Assembly (NCBI GenBank): GCA_050230475.1
Contig: JBFLGF010000189.1
Coordinates: 1 to 57,667, forward strand
DNA length: 57,667 bases
From: Ancylonema sp.
Lineage: Eukaryota
Direction: 5' to 3'
This document shows positions 1 through 13,800 of the stretch, one piece after another; position 1 is the first letter of the stretch, and each line of letters opens with the position of its first letter. Below the pieces are notes generated by a model. The model did no database searches. It had not been told where the DNA came from and worked only from the letters and a program-made list of their open reading frames with translations. The translations under genes and the position numbers were made by a program.

Positions 1-241
1 GATAGATCGTAGGCGACAGTGAAGGAACGCTGGTAGTGAGAGGGAGCAGGAGAGGGGGGAGTGCGTAGAAGCAGGGGAGACCGCGGGCCCAAGTGACATT
101 GTTTCGCTTCATAGCGGCATCACGGAGTCAGATTGAGAATCACTGGCCATTTTTTTGCTACATGAGAGAATTGTTTTTGCCAGCTTGTTTCTAACAAAAC
201 GGAGCTTGTTTCTAACCGTATCCAAAAAGAAATGTTGGGGG

Positions 242-1564
242 TAGGGTTGCGCAACCTTAAAAGCTGTAGCGATTTAAGAGCCTTAATGAAGGTTTTTAAG
301 TTAAGGTTTTAAACCCCTTGGATTATCGGGCCCTTAGAAACCCTTAAAATGTGGTCTCTTTGAAACCCTTTAAAAACGCCACGTAACCACGGAACAACAA
401 CGGAACCACTTAGCTACACATCGTCTATTTCTTTCGGCTGCCTCGTTCCTTAGCAACTGTCGGTCTGTACATCTGTCAGGCAATGAGTTCTTAATGGGTC
501 CTGAAATCATCAAATGTTAGGTGCCGAGCCGAATGGAAGTGCGTGCGGGGTCATCCTCGGCCACGGCGGAAGCGACATCGATGGGAGAGGGGGCGCCATC
601 GCATTCCCTTCAAGCGGAGAATGCAGACCGGGGTGTTGTAGAAGGCGATCCAGAATCGCATGTGTCCCTCTTGGTCGTCGTAGACCAAGAAGGAATTGAT
701 GTTGTTATAAACGAGTTGTTTCATGAACTTGAGTTGGAAGGATCAGAAGACATAGTTTTCGAAACTAGCGTTTCGAATGTTTCACAAGTGATTAGGAAGA
801 CGATGTTGTCACAAATATTTGGGCCACTATCGGTCTTGAATGATACAAACGTGGACACCGTTTAGAGACAATAGTACGTGGGTAAACATGGTTCCATCGT
901 CCTTGAGCCCGAGTTTTTCGTTTAAACGAATGCCTTTCTTAGTTCAAGAGCTTTTGTTTGAGGAGCCAGAGTATATGGATTATGGGGTCTTTCTCGAGAA
1001 CGAGGGTGCATGTGTTTGCAAGATGGTCTAACACAATTGAAGTGTAACTTATATTTCATGTTTTTTTTTTATAGTTTTAGACTTATAAAGACCGAGAGTC
1101 ATTTTCTTTTTAGAATGAGATAGAAATGAGAGCAAGAGTATTTGCGATGTCCTTTCATGGTCTACAAACATTATTATGCCTTCTATCACTATTTATCCAC
1201 ATAGTGGAATTGCCTCAAGACATAGTGGTTATGGCTACCAGCTGAGTCATCGTTTTCCTTAGACATGCATGTGCATAAGAATAAAAAAGATGTACGAAGA
1301 GATGATATACAATGATACGTAGCAATAGTTCACACACATCAATGAACGGTTCACATATCAACATATATGATTTTGTGTGAAACATTATTTTTCCTTCATA
1401 ATTGACATTTTTTAAGGTCGCCAATGAGCTCAGTGGTCTGATCTGGCTCCGAGAATATCTCTCTGGTGGATTATTAACAAGTTAAGGTTGTTAAGATTTG
1501 AAGTTTTGAAGGTTATAAATTGACCGAGGGGGTTTTAAAGACTTAAAGAAAAAACCCAACCCTA
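242..1564. mobile_element. Non-autonomous hAT-like DNA transposon
   Basis: Terminal inverted repeats TAGGGTTG (242-249) and CAACCCTA (1557-1564). Near-perfect 8-bp target-site duplication GTTGGGGG (234-241) / GCTGGGGG (1565-1572). Subterminal AAACCCTT/AAGGTTTT repeats at both ends. No transposase ORF recognised. Confidence 0.65.
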
Positions 1565-1909
1565 GCTGGGGGCGATCCCCGATCCCCGTTATTCGTCGAA
1601 CTCTCGATATAGTGACAACTTTATGTCGGACGGATGAGTACTACATCAGGAATTTTTAGATCGCGATGTATTCATTACACCCGCCTATGCATTTCTTACG
1701 AAGCTGCGGGAGGACGCGTCGACGCAGGTGCTTGAGTAGCCCCTCCAGAAAGTCTGTAGAGAAGTCTTCTTGTAGGGTTTTCTTGGCAGAAGATTCTGTG
1801 TGGCGCTCTTTTACTCGCTGTTACTACTGGAGTCCACTGTTACGGTCCTAATCTTGGAACCTGCTCTTGTCATTCCGAGCAGAGGCGCTGGAATTTAATC
1901 CTTGCGATC

Positions 1910-4900
1910 ATGGAGGCAATCGGGATTTCGATCCAACGCCAGTTAGTGGATAAATGTGGATCAACGCCACATGTAAGTACAAATTTTATACTACTTGAGT
2001 ATTGAAAGAGCAACTGAACTCGTTCGCGGTCAGTTTTCCCAACTCTTCAAGCGAGTAGGGCTTACATGTTACTGCAAACGAGTAATTTGTGCTTGATGCC
2101 AGAGGAGGAGAAGAGTGCTCCGGTAACTTTGTCACTTGCCTGCAAAGCGACTTTATTTTTTTATAAACCCCTCGAAATTGGGAAAATCTCATACTTTGAC
2201 TCTTTCGTACATCTGTCGTTGTCGGGCTTAACAACTGGGTGGCGTCCGATTTTGTTGCATGCAGGTCTGCAAGTTTGCGTCGTCTTTTAGTGGTCACCAG
2301 CTGGCGCTTCCGCAGCTCGCAAATAAGAAAAACAAGCGACATGTGGGTGGGGTACACGCAATCGCAGCACCTCCACCACAAAAGCAGGCGTCCGGAGGAC
2401 CAGTCTCGTCAGGAAAGGTACAGTTTTGATGCTACTGTGCGTGTGCTCTAACGGCTGGTTGGGAGAAAAGGTGGTGCTCAAATTATCACTACATAGTGTG
2501 AAGAAATATGTGCGTTTGTCGAAATTATTGTTGGTAAGTTATTTAACACACTTGATCATTATCTGTAGCAAGCAACCCAGAATATATTTCCAGGTATCAG
2601 CTATTCTGGGCAAACGCTGTGCTGGTGCACACGGTTTAGAATTCAGGTATGTTGAGGCAAACACAACTTAACATCTGGGCCTTAAATCGGCGATGAGTGA
2701 TTTGCTCGTCCAGCTAAGGATGAACAAACTTTCAGTGAAGGGATAATCAATGATCAATGATCAATAATCAATGATCAATAATAGATAGGTCCTGGAGGGT
2801 GATCTCCGTCTGGAGCCCTAGAGGCCGGACATGTAATAACCTCTTTTTTTATGATATTTCCTCTTCTTCTTCATATTGTGGCAGGTGAAGCACGCGATGA
2901 CGATGACGGAGAAGATCCTGGCACGTGCGTCGGATCGCAGCCAGGTGTCACCAGGAGAGAACGTTTGGGTGAAGGCGGACACGTTGATGACGCATGACGT
3001 GTGCGGTCCAGGAACCATCGGAATCTTTCACAAAGAGTTCGGGAGGGATGCCAAGGTCATACTCATGTCATATGATACGCATATATGTACTACATCAGGT
3101 GGAACTGGCTCAGGAGGAATTGACCTGCTGGAGTATGATAGTGATCAGAAGTGCAGGTCCACATGCCAAGAAATTTGGTCCTTCATTTGTCAGTTTGCAG
3201 TTCCGGTTTCCGGGCAGCATAAACCCGTTCATCCATCCAGGCAGTCAGGGTGGGTGTATGTCAATGTGAACGTGTATCCGTGCTGTCTGTTAACAGGTGT
3301 GGGACCGCGAGCGCATTGTACTCATTCCGGACCACTACATATTCACGTCAGACGAGCGAGCCAATCGCAATGTGGACATTTTGAGGGATTTCGCTCTCGA
3401 GCAGAAGATCAAGTATTTCTACGACATCACAGACAGGAGCGATTTCAGGGTAAGGGGTACTCATTTTGAGACCCATACCCTCCCTGTCGTATCCTGAAAG
3501 TAGTACACTGCAATCGGGTGGCGAAAGTGATCACGTCGGTTATGTGTGTTTGCATGGCATATAGCAGAAGATTATGTGTCTGCTAGTAGTAAAGCACTGT
3601 AAACCCCGATATAAGGAAGTTGAGGTTTCCACAGGTAAATGTGGTAGAAGCATTTGTTACAGAAAGTGTTACTGGGAACTCATTTGTTTCCTATATGGAG
3701 GTTTCAACGTAGTCGTGCGATCGATAACAAAACCTCGTAAAGACCAAGGGTAGCACACCCAGGGAATGACCCAGGGGACAACCCAGGGGAGACTTAGGGA
3801 ATGATACCCCCTGAGTTTGTCAACCACCTCTCTGTCGTTTTTCTACTCGAGAGAAGATCATCCCTTGTTATACAAATATCTGAGAAGAAAGGGAAACTGG
3901 ACACAGGTGCTCATGTCCCAGAAACCCCGCTTTTTTTTTCCGCAGGCGAATCCCGACTACAAGGGGGTGTGCCACGTGGCTCTCGCCCAAGAAGGGCACT
4001 GCAGACCAGGCGAGGTACCGTCCGCGTCCGTCCCCCCCCCCACCCCCCCCTCCGGACACTTGTTCATCTTTTCATCTGGTTCCCCCCCCACCTTGAGCAG
4101 GTCCTTTTTGGCACCGACTCCCACACGTGTAACGCGGGAGCTTTCGGGCAGTTCGCTACTGGGATTGGGAACACGGATGCGGGTTTCATCATGGGAACCG
4201 GGAAGCTGCTCATCAAGGTCGGGGGGAAGGAACTCAGACAGAGAGAGTTTGCTACAGCAGTTTTATTTTTGGACGTGTAAGGAGGGGAGGGGAAGCCTGA
4301 CCGTGTTTCCTTTCCCTTCCCAGGTCCCTCCCACCATCCGATTCGTGTTAGACGGAGAAATGCCTCCCTACCTACTGGCAAAAGACCTCATCCTGCAGGT
4401 GACTTTTGTTCTTTAAACCCATCTTGCCCCACCGGCGTCTGTGGGGATCCCAAGTGCTTACCCCTTCCCCACTGCCTTGTGTGGATATTCTGTGGTCATC
4501 CTGTGGTTCCAGATCATCGGGGAGATCAGTGTGGCTGGCGGCACATACCGAGCAATGGAATTCACAGGGACTGCAGTGGAGTCCATGTCTGTGAGAACGG
4601 GGTTCAGGGTCCAGGATTCTGGCTGTCGGGTTTAGGGTGTAGGGCTCAGGGTTTGGCAGGGAGGCCTGACTGCCGAGTTTCCAAACCTCACTCGAAGGTT
4701 ATGTTATGTTGTTATGTTGTTTTATTTTAAAAAAGGGAAATAAGTTGGTTTGTTTTGTTGTTCCCAGATGGAGGACCGCATGACTCTGTGCAATATGGTC
4801 ATCGAGGGTGGGGGGAAGAACGGAATCGTGGCGGCAGATAAAACCACTTTCGCGTACCTAGAGGTGACACCCCACAGCCCCCCCCTGTGCATCTGCCATT

Positions 4901-5881
4901 ATACCCGCAAACCCTCAAATTAGCAACCTAAAATTGCCCGGAAAAATTATTTGGACAAGGTTTTTTCCTTATAGTAATAACAATTCCTTATGCAGAAAAG
5001 CGATGAAAAAAACCGGGTCGAAAAGTAAGTGTCATGTATCTAAGTCTTATGTTTTGAGGTGTGAGTGTATCTAACGCCGAGGTTGCGCTGGGGACTGGGG
5101 ACTGGGGTGTTCAGGGGAAAACCACACTAGTAGAGGAGCAGCCGGTGCACACGGATGGGGGTGCCAGGTACGGATCCCCTTTCTCTTGGAGACGACAGCA
5201 AAACATCAAGTACGGCTGCTGACGTGGATGAGGGGGGGAGTGGGTGTTTGTCTATGTGGCGCAGCTTCTACAGCGAGTATCGGTTTGACGTAACAAAGCT
5301 GGAGCCCGTGGTCGCTAAGGTGCGGTTCACATCTTGCCTGCCGGGTACCACGTAGTGCTTGGAACAACACCAACTCGTACTGGGAAACCTTAATAGAATC
5401 AACTTTGGTCCTACAGTTTTCTTCGCTGCCAGAACCCACATCTTCATGTTCATTTTTCGGTGTTTTGCACACTAGAAGCGCGATAGTTGTAGGAGCCAAA
5501 TATCCGACCCATACGTAGCTTCCCTTCACCCTGCCTCCTGCCTGTCCCTGCAGCCCCACTCCCCAGACAACCGAGCGACCGCGCGAGAGTGCAAGGGGAC
5601 CAAAATCGATCGATCCTACATAGGCTCATGCACGGGGGGGAAGACGGAAGATTTCCTGGCGGCAGCCAAGGTGTTCCATGCCTCGGTAGGGGGGGGGGGG
5701 GGGGGGAGCACTTCCGCATGCATGCAGACCACAGTACAACCTGGATGGAAAAAGGAAAAAACGGAACACCTGTTTCGTAGCGATTTTTATCTGGGGACAT
5801 ATATTTTTTATCGGAGTTTTCTTGTAGGGATTGCTAATCGTGGAGTGACAGGGGGGTTTGTGAAGGCTTACACTCACAGCT

Positions 5882-5932
<51 letters not shown>

Positions 5933-7035
5933 TGTGTGCAGGGGAAGCAAGTGGTGGTGCCTACTTTCCTGGTGCCTGCCACGCAGAAGGTGAGGGGTCA
6001 CAGCTGGAGGGGTGAGAAAAATCATGTCAGGAAAGTGAAGAGGGAGAGATGTACTGCTTCTAAGTTGGATCTCCAGTCCCTTGTAGGCGTGTGTCTGTAG
6101 AAAACCAGATTCAAAATCATACGCTTCCTTTCAGATGCCAGTTTCGATTCTGGTTCTGATCTTACGTCTGATTCTGATACCGATTCTGATTCTGATTGTG
6201 GTACTCATTCTGATTCTGATTCTTGATTCTGATTCTGTTATTGCTTCTGTTTCTGTGTTCCTTCCCCTCAGGTGTGGATGGACGTGTACACCATGGAAGT
6301 CCCAGGGACGGGTATGACAATGGCACAGATTTTTGAGGCGGCAGGGTGCGATACGCCTGCTTCCCCCTCATGTGCCGCTTGCTTAGGGGGACCCAAAGAC
6401 ACGTATGCGCGGATGAATGAGCCGCAGGTATGTTGCGCCGGTCATGGAAACCGGTTATCACTGCTCAAATAAACAAGGGGGATGAGGTGGGTGACGCTTT
6501 AGATACAGTTTACATCTCATGTTTTGTTTCTTTCACCTCAAAAATAAATTTTGGGAAAAAAGGCGAGGGTCGATGGCATAACTTTAATTTTGGAAGAGTC
6601 GTTATTAAACGCATTTTGCTATAAGAACCCAATGTATGGTCATCTTTCATGATATATGCAGAACCCGATATACTAAAGTGTTTGAAACAGTTATCTGGAT
6701 TTATCTGGTCTAATATTGTGGTGCCTTGATTATTTCCCATATGTTTCTAAAGTTTTTGATTGTTAACTAAACGGCTATTTCTGAGCGAAGTCTTCTAGGG
6801 CACGTACTTGATGACGTAGGAACTTTTTTGCATGTGCAGTACTAAAGAGGAAGTGGATTTTTTTGTTTGGGTTTGTGGATGGTGGGTTGTGAAGGTGTGT
6901 GTTTCAACCACGAATCGCAACTTCCCCGGACGGATGGGGCATAAGGAAGCTCAAATATATTTAGCATCTCCATACACCGCAGCAGCGTCTGCACTAACAG
7001 GAACCATAACTGATCCCAGAGAGTTCTTGATGTAG
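1910..7035 (+). CDS. IIL1: 3-isopropylmalate dehydratase (isomerase) large subunit, plastid-targeted, multi-exon
   Basis: Spliced exons give [76 protein letters not shown] and [13 protein letters not shown]...DPREFLM* (stop 7033-7035), including the Fe-S cysteines. Putative transit-peptide exons 1910-1972 and 2265-2417 join in phase 0 to VKHAMTM. The start codon is inferred. Confidence 0.95.
6140..6258 (+). repeat. Degenerate (ATTCTG)n hexamer microsatellite in an IPMI intron
   Basis: Repeated attctg/gattct units. It explains the spurious ILILILI / NQNQNQ ORFs. Confidence 0.85.
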
Positions 7036-7948
7036 GAGTGCTTTGCATGTTATAAGTGTTGGTTTCCTACAATTACGGTAATAATATTGCTGAGCGCCTT
7101 ATGTGTACGGCAAGTGTAAGCACATAAGTAGGGTGCTAGGAGTCAAAGTCGACTTGGGAGCAAGAACTCATGTCCTAATCCGTTTTGTCCTCGTGCCGAG
7201 CTGGTTGGAGTGAGGGATTGGTTGTAACAACGTATATCACGTGGGATGTGGAGTAAGTCAAATCGTCACATCTTTGTGTCACTTACCACACGTGAAGAAC
7301 ATTTAATCAACATGAAAAGAAGGTCTTTGAGCAATGTGATCAGATCTGAAATTCTATTATTTTAAGGTGGTACAGTACCAATTTTGCCCAGGCATAGGTG
7401 CACTATGTGCTTGGCGGTATTCAGCACATGAGTGTAGAATGGAGTCCGTAAAAATGTTTGTGTCATCAACATTAATGTGTGAGCTACGTGTGTGTCAAAC
7501 ACGTTCGACACAAATCTATATTGCACAACATGTTGGTTGTTGAACGGATGTGCATACCTAGGATTCCATAATCAATCCACCACTTGCAGTGATTTTTGGA
7601 CATTGCCATAGTTGGCCCTTCATGCGTCCAGGGATCTCCGGACGCGCCCAGGACGTGTCCCGGCCCCGGCGTGGAGATTGCACCCTTCCGACTATGAATT
7701 GAGTCATGTGGAAAAGAAGCTTTGTGTTATGAAACATGGGTTGATGAGTTGCTTTGAAGTGTATTATTCTCATCAACAGTAGTAACTACAAAAGAAGCAA
7801 ATGTGTGTTTCCCCTTGTAGCAAACTCTACAGGAAGAAAGAGGGGGGGGGGGATTTAATTCCTCTAATTTAGTCCATTTCAAGACCACACGCTAAATGAT
7901 TTTAAAAAACATGTGCCTCGTGCTTATAATCGTTGATGCATCAACATA

Positions 7949-8350
7949 TACACTATACCGTAGTGGCCATACAGAACGACCCGGGTTTCAAAAAACAAAT
8001 TCATTCAGGTAAGAAACAACGACTTGACCCAACCCGCGCACCCAAAAGAAAATTTTCCGAAGTCCTAACAAATATTTGGTGTCTGGTCTGGAATGACCCA
8101 CTTTTGTGAAAAAATGAATTATTTAATTTGACCCGACCCACCCTTTTCATAATTATTTGACGGTCATTATGTGTGGCCAGTATGGTAACCTATCTAAAGG
8201 AATACTCTCTAAAGGAATAACCTCTATAAAGGAATAACAAATTCCAGTCCCAAAACCGGAATCGCTGGGAACGGTACCTGTATAAGTGAATAACCTCTCT
8301 AAAGGAATTCTCCCCCCCGAACAGTATTCCTTTAGACAAGTTACATTGTA
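7949..8350. mobile_element. Tc1/mariner-pogo-like MITE (family B), with its left TIR interrupted by a nested MITE
   Basis: Removing 7958-8185 plus one TA reconstitutes TACACTATAACCTATCTAAAGG, which matches the reverse complement of the right end (TACAATGTAACTTGTCTAAAGG) at 18/22 positions. Internal (TC)TAAAGGAATA repeats are present. Confidence 0.65.
7958..8185. mobile_element. MITE family A, copy 1 (CCGTAGTGGCCA TIR, TA duplication)
   Basis: TIRs CCGTAGTGGCCATACA / TGTGTGGCCAGTATGG, flanked by TA on both sides. Homologous along its length to 16136-16372 in the opposite orientation. Confidence 0.8.
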
Positions 8351-9420
8351 CATGGATGCAATGTCAATTCGCTCAAGACATGTGGACATGACCATTACGA
8401 ATAGTACATGCGTCGTGCTCGCGAAACTTGTGTATTGTATTCGCAATTTGACAATAATCAGGATGTCTAAAATAGTAAAATTATGGGGGTGTAGGGAAAT
8501 GATATCGGATGCCTAAACAATAGTGCATGCGCATTTATGAGGGAGACATTCGGCACAAGTATTTTTTAAAAGAAGAGGTGAAATAAAGGAGATCTGATTA
8601 GGTTTGCAAATGTAGATTCTTAACATGGATGAGGCTTTAACCGAGTAATGGGGAAACGTTTTTTTATTTTATTTTGAATAAGGTACAAACAAATGAAATG
8701 GACATAAGTAACAAACAATAGTCTGCGGGTTTATATACTTCAAATAAAGGATATCCTTGCAAACATGAGTCTTCCCCTTTCTCCTTTTGTTTACCCATTG
8801 TTGATTATGGTTCATTTATGGCGGATGGGTCAACTAATGGGCGTATATTATCGTAACATACGCCATATACACTTCGCAATGAAAACATCGGGAATGGTGT
8901 GGATGGCTTTCCTATATTCTGACAACATACGACTCGGTGACTATATCCGGGTGGGGTAGTCAAGGACGTGGCTCGTCTGTTCGAACTCTGAAGGCTGGAA
9001 CCCTACACGTGAAGCGAAAAAAGGAGAGACGTCGTTTTTTCGCTAACATTCTAAGACAAGATTGGCGACCGAGTTTGACATCGAGGCCTCTTTCCTCATG
9101 AACAACTTATTCGTACATTCAAAAAAAAAAAAAAAAAAACGACGTATAAGTGTATATTATTCGCCGAGAATACAAATTTAATGCCCAACACCACCGTTAG
9201 CCCAATCAAGTACCACGGGTAGGATCTAGAATTTTTGACTTTCGGGTTTTGCCAGAATTACGGCAACTACAATAATCTCCCGTTGAAACAAACCTCTTTA
9301 TAAAGACAATCTCGATATAACAAAAGTTTTATGAACTTTTGTTAAACTACTATAATTCTCCCTCGATATTAGCATCATGACACTCTATATGAGACCAATT
9401 TATTAGCGAATGTCGATATA

Positions 9421-10043
9421 CAGTGCTCCCTCGATATAACGACAAAAAAAAATCCATAAAAGTGTCGTTATATCGATGTGTCGTTATACACTGTATAACG
9501 ACATATACTACTAGAATCTGAAATCTATGTCGTTATATCGAGGGACTTTTCGAATGAAGCGAAGTGAATAAGCAAATGTGTTTATTATAATGTGTTTATG
9601 ATGTGTTTCTGCCTTGGCATGATTATCCAATTCAGCGTGTGGGTTGATATACGAGCTATACAAGTGCGTCATGATACTACTACATGCGGATGGACAAAAT
9701 ATACCACAAAATTTTAGGAGGAGAGTTGGGGAGGTATTTAGGTTGTTACAAAGCAACACTGGACACGCACATTCTATTGGACCTATATAGAATTCTATAC
9801 AGAATTTGAAGTGCCGTTCTAGATTTTTCTCGATTTCCACACATCGTTATCTGCGAGCAATAGAGTTATAAACACACTACAACGACATTCAGTAACATTT
9901 TTTTGATTTTTTTTGTCATTATATAGAGTGTCGTTATGCTTATATCGAGGGCGATTTCATATTGATTTTTAAAAAGTTCCAAAAAACTGTCGTTATACCG
10001 AGGTTATCGTTATATCGAGGGTCGTTATATCGAGGGAACACTA
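9421..10043. mobile_element. pogo/Tigger-like MITE
   Basis: TIRs CAGTGCTCCCTCGATATAACGAC (9421) / GTCGTTATATCGAGGGAACACTA (10021-10043), preceded by TA, with many internal GTCGTTATATCGAGGG subrepeats. Related ends occur at ~10581-10597 and ~42081-42098. Confidence 0.75.
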
Positions 10044-10827
10044 ACTGCTATTTCTCGCAGATAATGATTTATGGAGACCGCGACAAATTTATGGCAACCC
10101 CGTGAACAACACTCAACGAACTCGAGTGTTTGATTGTAATCTATATTCAATCACGAAAATGTCACAAATCTGGATTGTATTGTGTTTGTTAAAATGTATT
10201 TTGAAAAAAATGTTTCATTTCTCTTCATGACAAGTATTGGTGTGCCCTGCCTACCAAAAATGTATATGGTGTCCATGTCTATTGTGTTTGTTGCTTCGTA
10301 TGACTCATGATACTCCAACTCCAACTCTCCTCGTAAATATGTTTGAATATATTTGATGTATCATTCTCATTACAAAGTTGTATAGGTTGTATCACACCAC
10401 ACACGTTGAATTGGATGATGATCCCGAGGGAACGCATTCTAGGCAACATGTAAGCAAGTTGCTTCATTTATGGCTTTCCGCGATACAATGACACTGATTT
10501 CAACATCTACAACAATTTGTCGTTGTGTATAACGTCAGCTCGATATAACAACAGGTTTTTCTCTCAGTATTTTTTCGTTCTATCGAGGGTTACTGTATGT
10601 CGAATCTGAATGATTTCCCGCCCTGTCGACGCCATTATGGCGTCGCCATATGTAGGAGGAGCTTTCGGATTTTCGGTATTCACCTTCATATTTTCCTTTA
10701 TATAGTCACCGAGTCGTATGCTGTCAAAATGAAGGAGAGGACATTCCTAATGGTTTCACTGTGGGGTGTCCATGACGTGTAGTTTTGCTTCAGTACACGC
10801 CCACAAGATGACCCGTCCTCCATAGGT

Positions 10828-13800
10828 ATGATAAAAAAGAGACGAGAGGTAGACGTTGAAGAGGAGATGGAGGAAGAAAGCGAGCGTCGCAGTGCCGAAA
10901 AGGCTGTTGCAGAGGATGAAGGGACAGCTCCGTTACCAGAAAGAGTACGCTGAATGTTGCACGGCTTTTCCAACTGGCAGCAATCTTGCTTAGATCCACA
11001 TGCCGAATGGATGTAACGCTTATATCGTCCGGATTCGATGGAAACTTTCTGAACGGGTTACAAATATCAGAATGACTGGCTGTAATGTTTGAATTCGTTA
11101 GGACTCCACCCTGAAATAATGGTGTTGAGAGCAGGTGCAAGTTGGTGGATCGCCTGTGTACAAATGCGAGCGGAAACTTGGGATAGGTGGATTCGGTCAA
11201 GTCTATGTTGGGCGGAAAGTCATTGGTGGCACAGAGAGAGTAGGCCCGCAGGCTGTGGAGGTAATGGGAACGCACATTATCGTATTGCATTGGTTTGACT
11301 GGCTGAAAGCCTTGGTGTTTGGAGGCGGAGCTTCTGTTTCGTACTTTTGTGTACAATATTCTGGATTGTCACCTTCGTAATTTTCGACGCATGATTTTCT
11401 AGGACTGATGGCTCTGCTGGGGTTTCAGGTGGCGCTTAAATTTGAACATCGGAGTAGCAAAGGCTGCAACTATGGGCCACCGTACGAGTGGCAAGTGTAC
11501 AAGTACGTGGAGATCCGGGAAACGACCTGGGGTTTTACGTTTGCAGATGTATATTTCTAGCTGCAGCTCTTTGATGGAGTCAAATCGCACGGACATGCAC
11601 TATTTCGTATCGGGAGCCAGTCCACTGACACAGGATGTGGTTTGCAGTACTTGGAGGGAGCCATGGTGTTCACCGAGTCCATTTCAAAGGCCGCCAAGGA
11701 GACTACTATGTCATGGTATGGGCTATAATTATATACCGAGAGAGGATTCTGGTCCTGTCACCGTTTGGTTGAGCTCAGAGAATTTCGTGTATGTGTCATT
11801 TGTCAGGTGATGGACATGCTCGGACCCAGTCTCTGGGACGTGTGGAACAACTCAAATCAAGCGTGAGTGGTTCTGCATATAACAGGCTGGCACATTCGGT
11901 GGAGAGTGGGTTGGGTGGGCCAGTTATGCATTTCCGCTTCACCAGGCTGCTGAGGTTCTTGATTTAATCTGCTCCTGGCTATGGACGGATACTGTGATGC
12001 AGGATGTCAACGGAGATGGTTGCCTGCATAGCTGTTGAAGCTTTGTCCATCTTGGAGAAGATGCACCAGAGGGGGTGAGTCCCTAGCCAACTGGGGGGAT
12101 CGCAGTAAAGATCTGGATCCCCGAGGCTTATGTCTACAGGGGCTGATTCTGAGGCTATGACTCGTTTCGCTATTTCCTGAAACTTGCTGGGCTGGTCAAC
12201 TTGCTGCGCTAACAGGAGGTCATGTTTGAAAGGAGTTCCCTCACCTGACTGTCTCACCATGGTCGTGCAGATACGTACACGGGGATGTGAAGCCAGAAAA
12301 CTTTCTACTAGGCCAGGCCAATTCAACTGACGAGAAGAAACTGTACGTTGTGGATCTTGGTCTAGGTGAGTGCAATTTCATTCTCAGTGCACATGATCTG
12401 CCTTCGATCTGGTGCTAAGTGCCAGACTGGTGAACTTCCTTGCCAGCAATTCACTATTGGCGCCAAGTAGACTTAAATACTTCAACTGGTTTTCTTTGGT
12501 CTATAGTCTTTGTTGTTTATGGTGTCAATCTTCGTTGCCTGGTGGCTGTTTGCCTCTGCAGCAACAAGGTGGAAAGACGCCAGCAGCGGGTCGCACGTGG
12601 AGTACGATCAGCGGCCAGATATCTTCAGGTATGCATAATAAGTACTTGGGTGAGCTAGATGATGTCCATTCTCTTTACCAGAGTATAGTCCTCATTCTCT
12701 GCTTCTTGTTTCGATGCAGGGGAACCGTTCGGTACGCCAGTGTGCATGCCCACCTCGGGCGTACAGGAAGCAGGAGAGACGATCTGGAATCCCTGGCGTA
12801 CACCTTGGTCTTTTTGTTGCGAGGGAGACTTCCTTGGCAGGGATACCAGGTGTGGGCCCCAGCAGACCTGGATCTCTTATCGTATCATCTCAGTCGCCGA
12901 AGCTGGTGTAGCATCCAGTCCTTGCCGAGTCAGAAGTGCGTGAATTGCTGGTGTGAACTCAACCTTGTGCCTGAATCTCATGGCCGTTGCAGGGAGACAA
13001 TAAGGGGTTTCTGGTGTGCAAAAAGAAGATGGCCACTTCCCCGGAGATGTTGTGCTGCTTCTGCCCGACCCCCTTCAAGCTGTTTCTGGAGTACGTGGTG
13101 AACCTCAAGTTTGACGAGGAGCCCAACTACGCCAAGCTCATCTCGCTCTTTGACGGAGTCCTAGGCCCCAACCCGGCAGCCCGACCCATCAACACAGATG
13201 GGGCAGTGAAGGCAAGTTGGCAGTTGGCTGGGTTACGGAAGTAGCGGGAGTAGGTAGTGGGAAGGGTATTTCTTCACCTTTCTAAACCTTCGGTTTTGTT
13301 GGGAGTCATTGCAGGTGGGACAGAAGCGAGCACGTGCCATGGCTGCAGTCGACGACGTAGATGATGATCAGCCAAAGAAGAAGATCAGGCTGGGGATGCC
13401 CGCCACCCAATGGATAACCGTATACAACGCAAGGAGGCCCATGAAACAAAGGTAAGACAGATCCCTACCCTCGGGTATACAGCAAAAGGCACGGATGGGG
13501 GCTGGACCTGAGTCCCTGTTTCCTTTCCAGGTACCACTACAACGTGGCAGACACTCGGTTGGGTCAGCATGTGGAGAAAGGCAACGAGGACGGTCTGTTC
13601 ATCAGCAGCGTGGCTTCCTGCCAGAACCTGTGGGCGCTCATCATGGATGCAGGGACGTTGTTCACGGGTCAGGTGTACGAGCTGTCCACCGTATTCTTGC
13701 CCAAGGTACATGCTTCTTCTACCCCCGGGGGCAGAAACGTGGCCGCGTTTACGGCAGGGGGTGACTTGTGGACTTGTGCTGATGCGTTCTGTTGTGCTGT

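Noticed and set aside
5626..6461. ORFs with poly-Lys/poly-Phe or ILILIL/NQNQ tracts
   Set aside because: They are translations of an intronic T-homopolymer and an (ATTCTG)n microsatellite within the IPMI gene.
8940..9140. Sequence ending in an A19 tract, possible SINE or retrocopy
   Set aside because: No convincing Pol III A/B boxes, TSD or second copy in the window.
9290..10600. Recurrent GTCGTTATATCGAGGG motifs resembling a CRISPR-like array
   Set aside because: Irregular spacing, both orientations, eukaryotic context and no cas genes. They are explained as MITE terminal and subterminal repeats.
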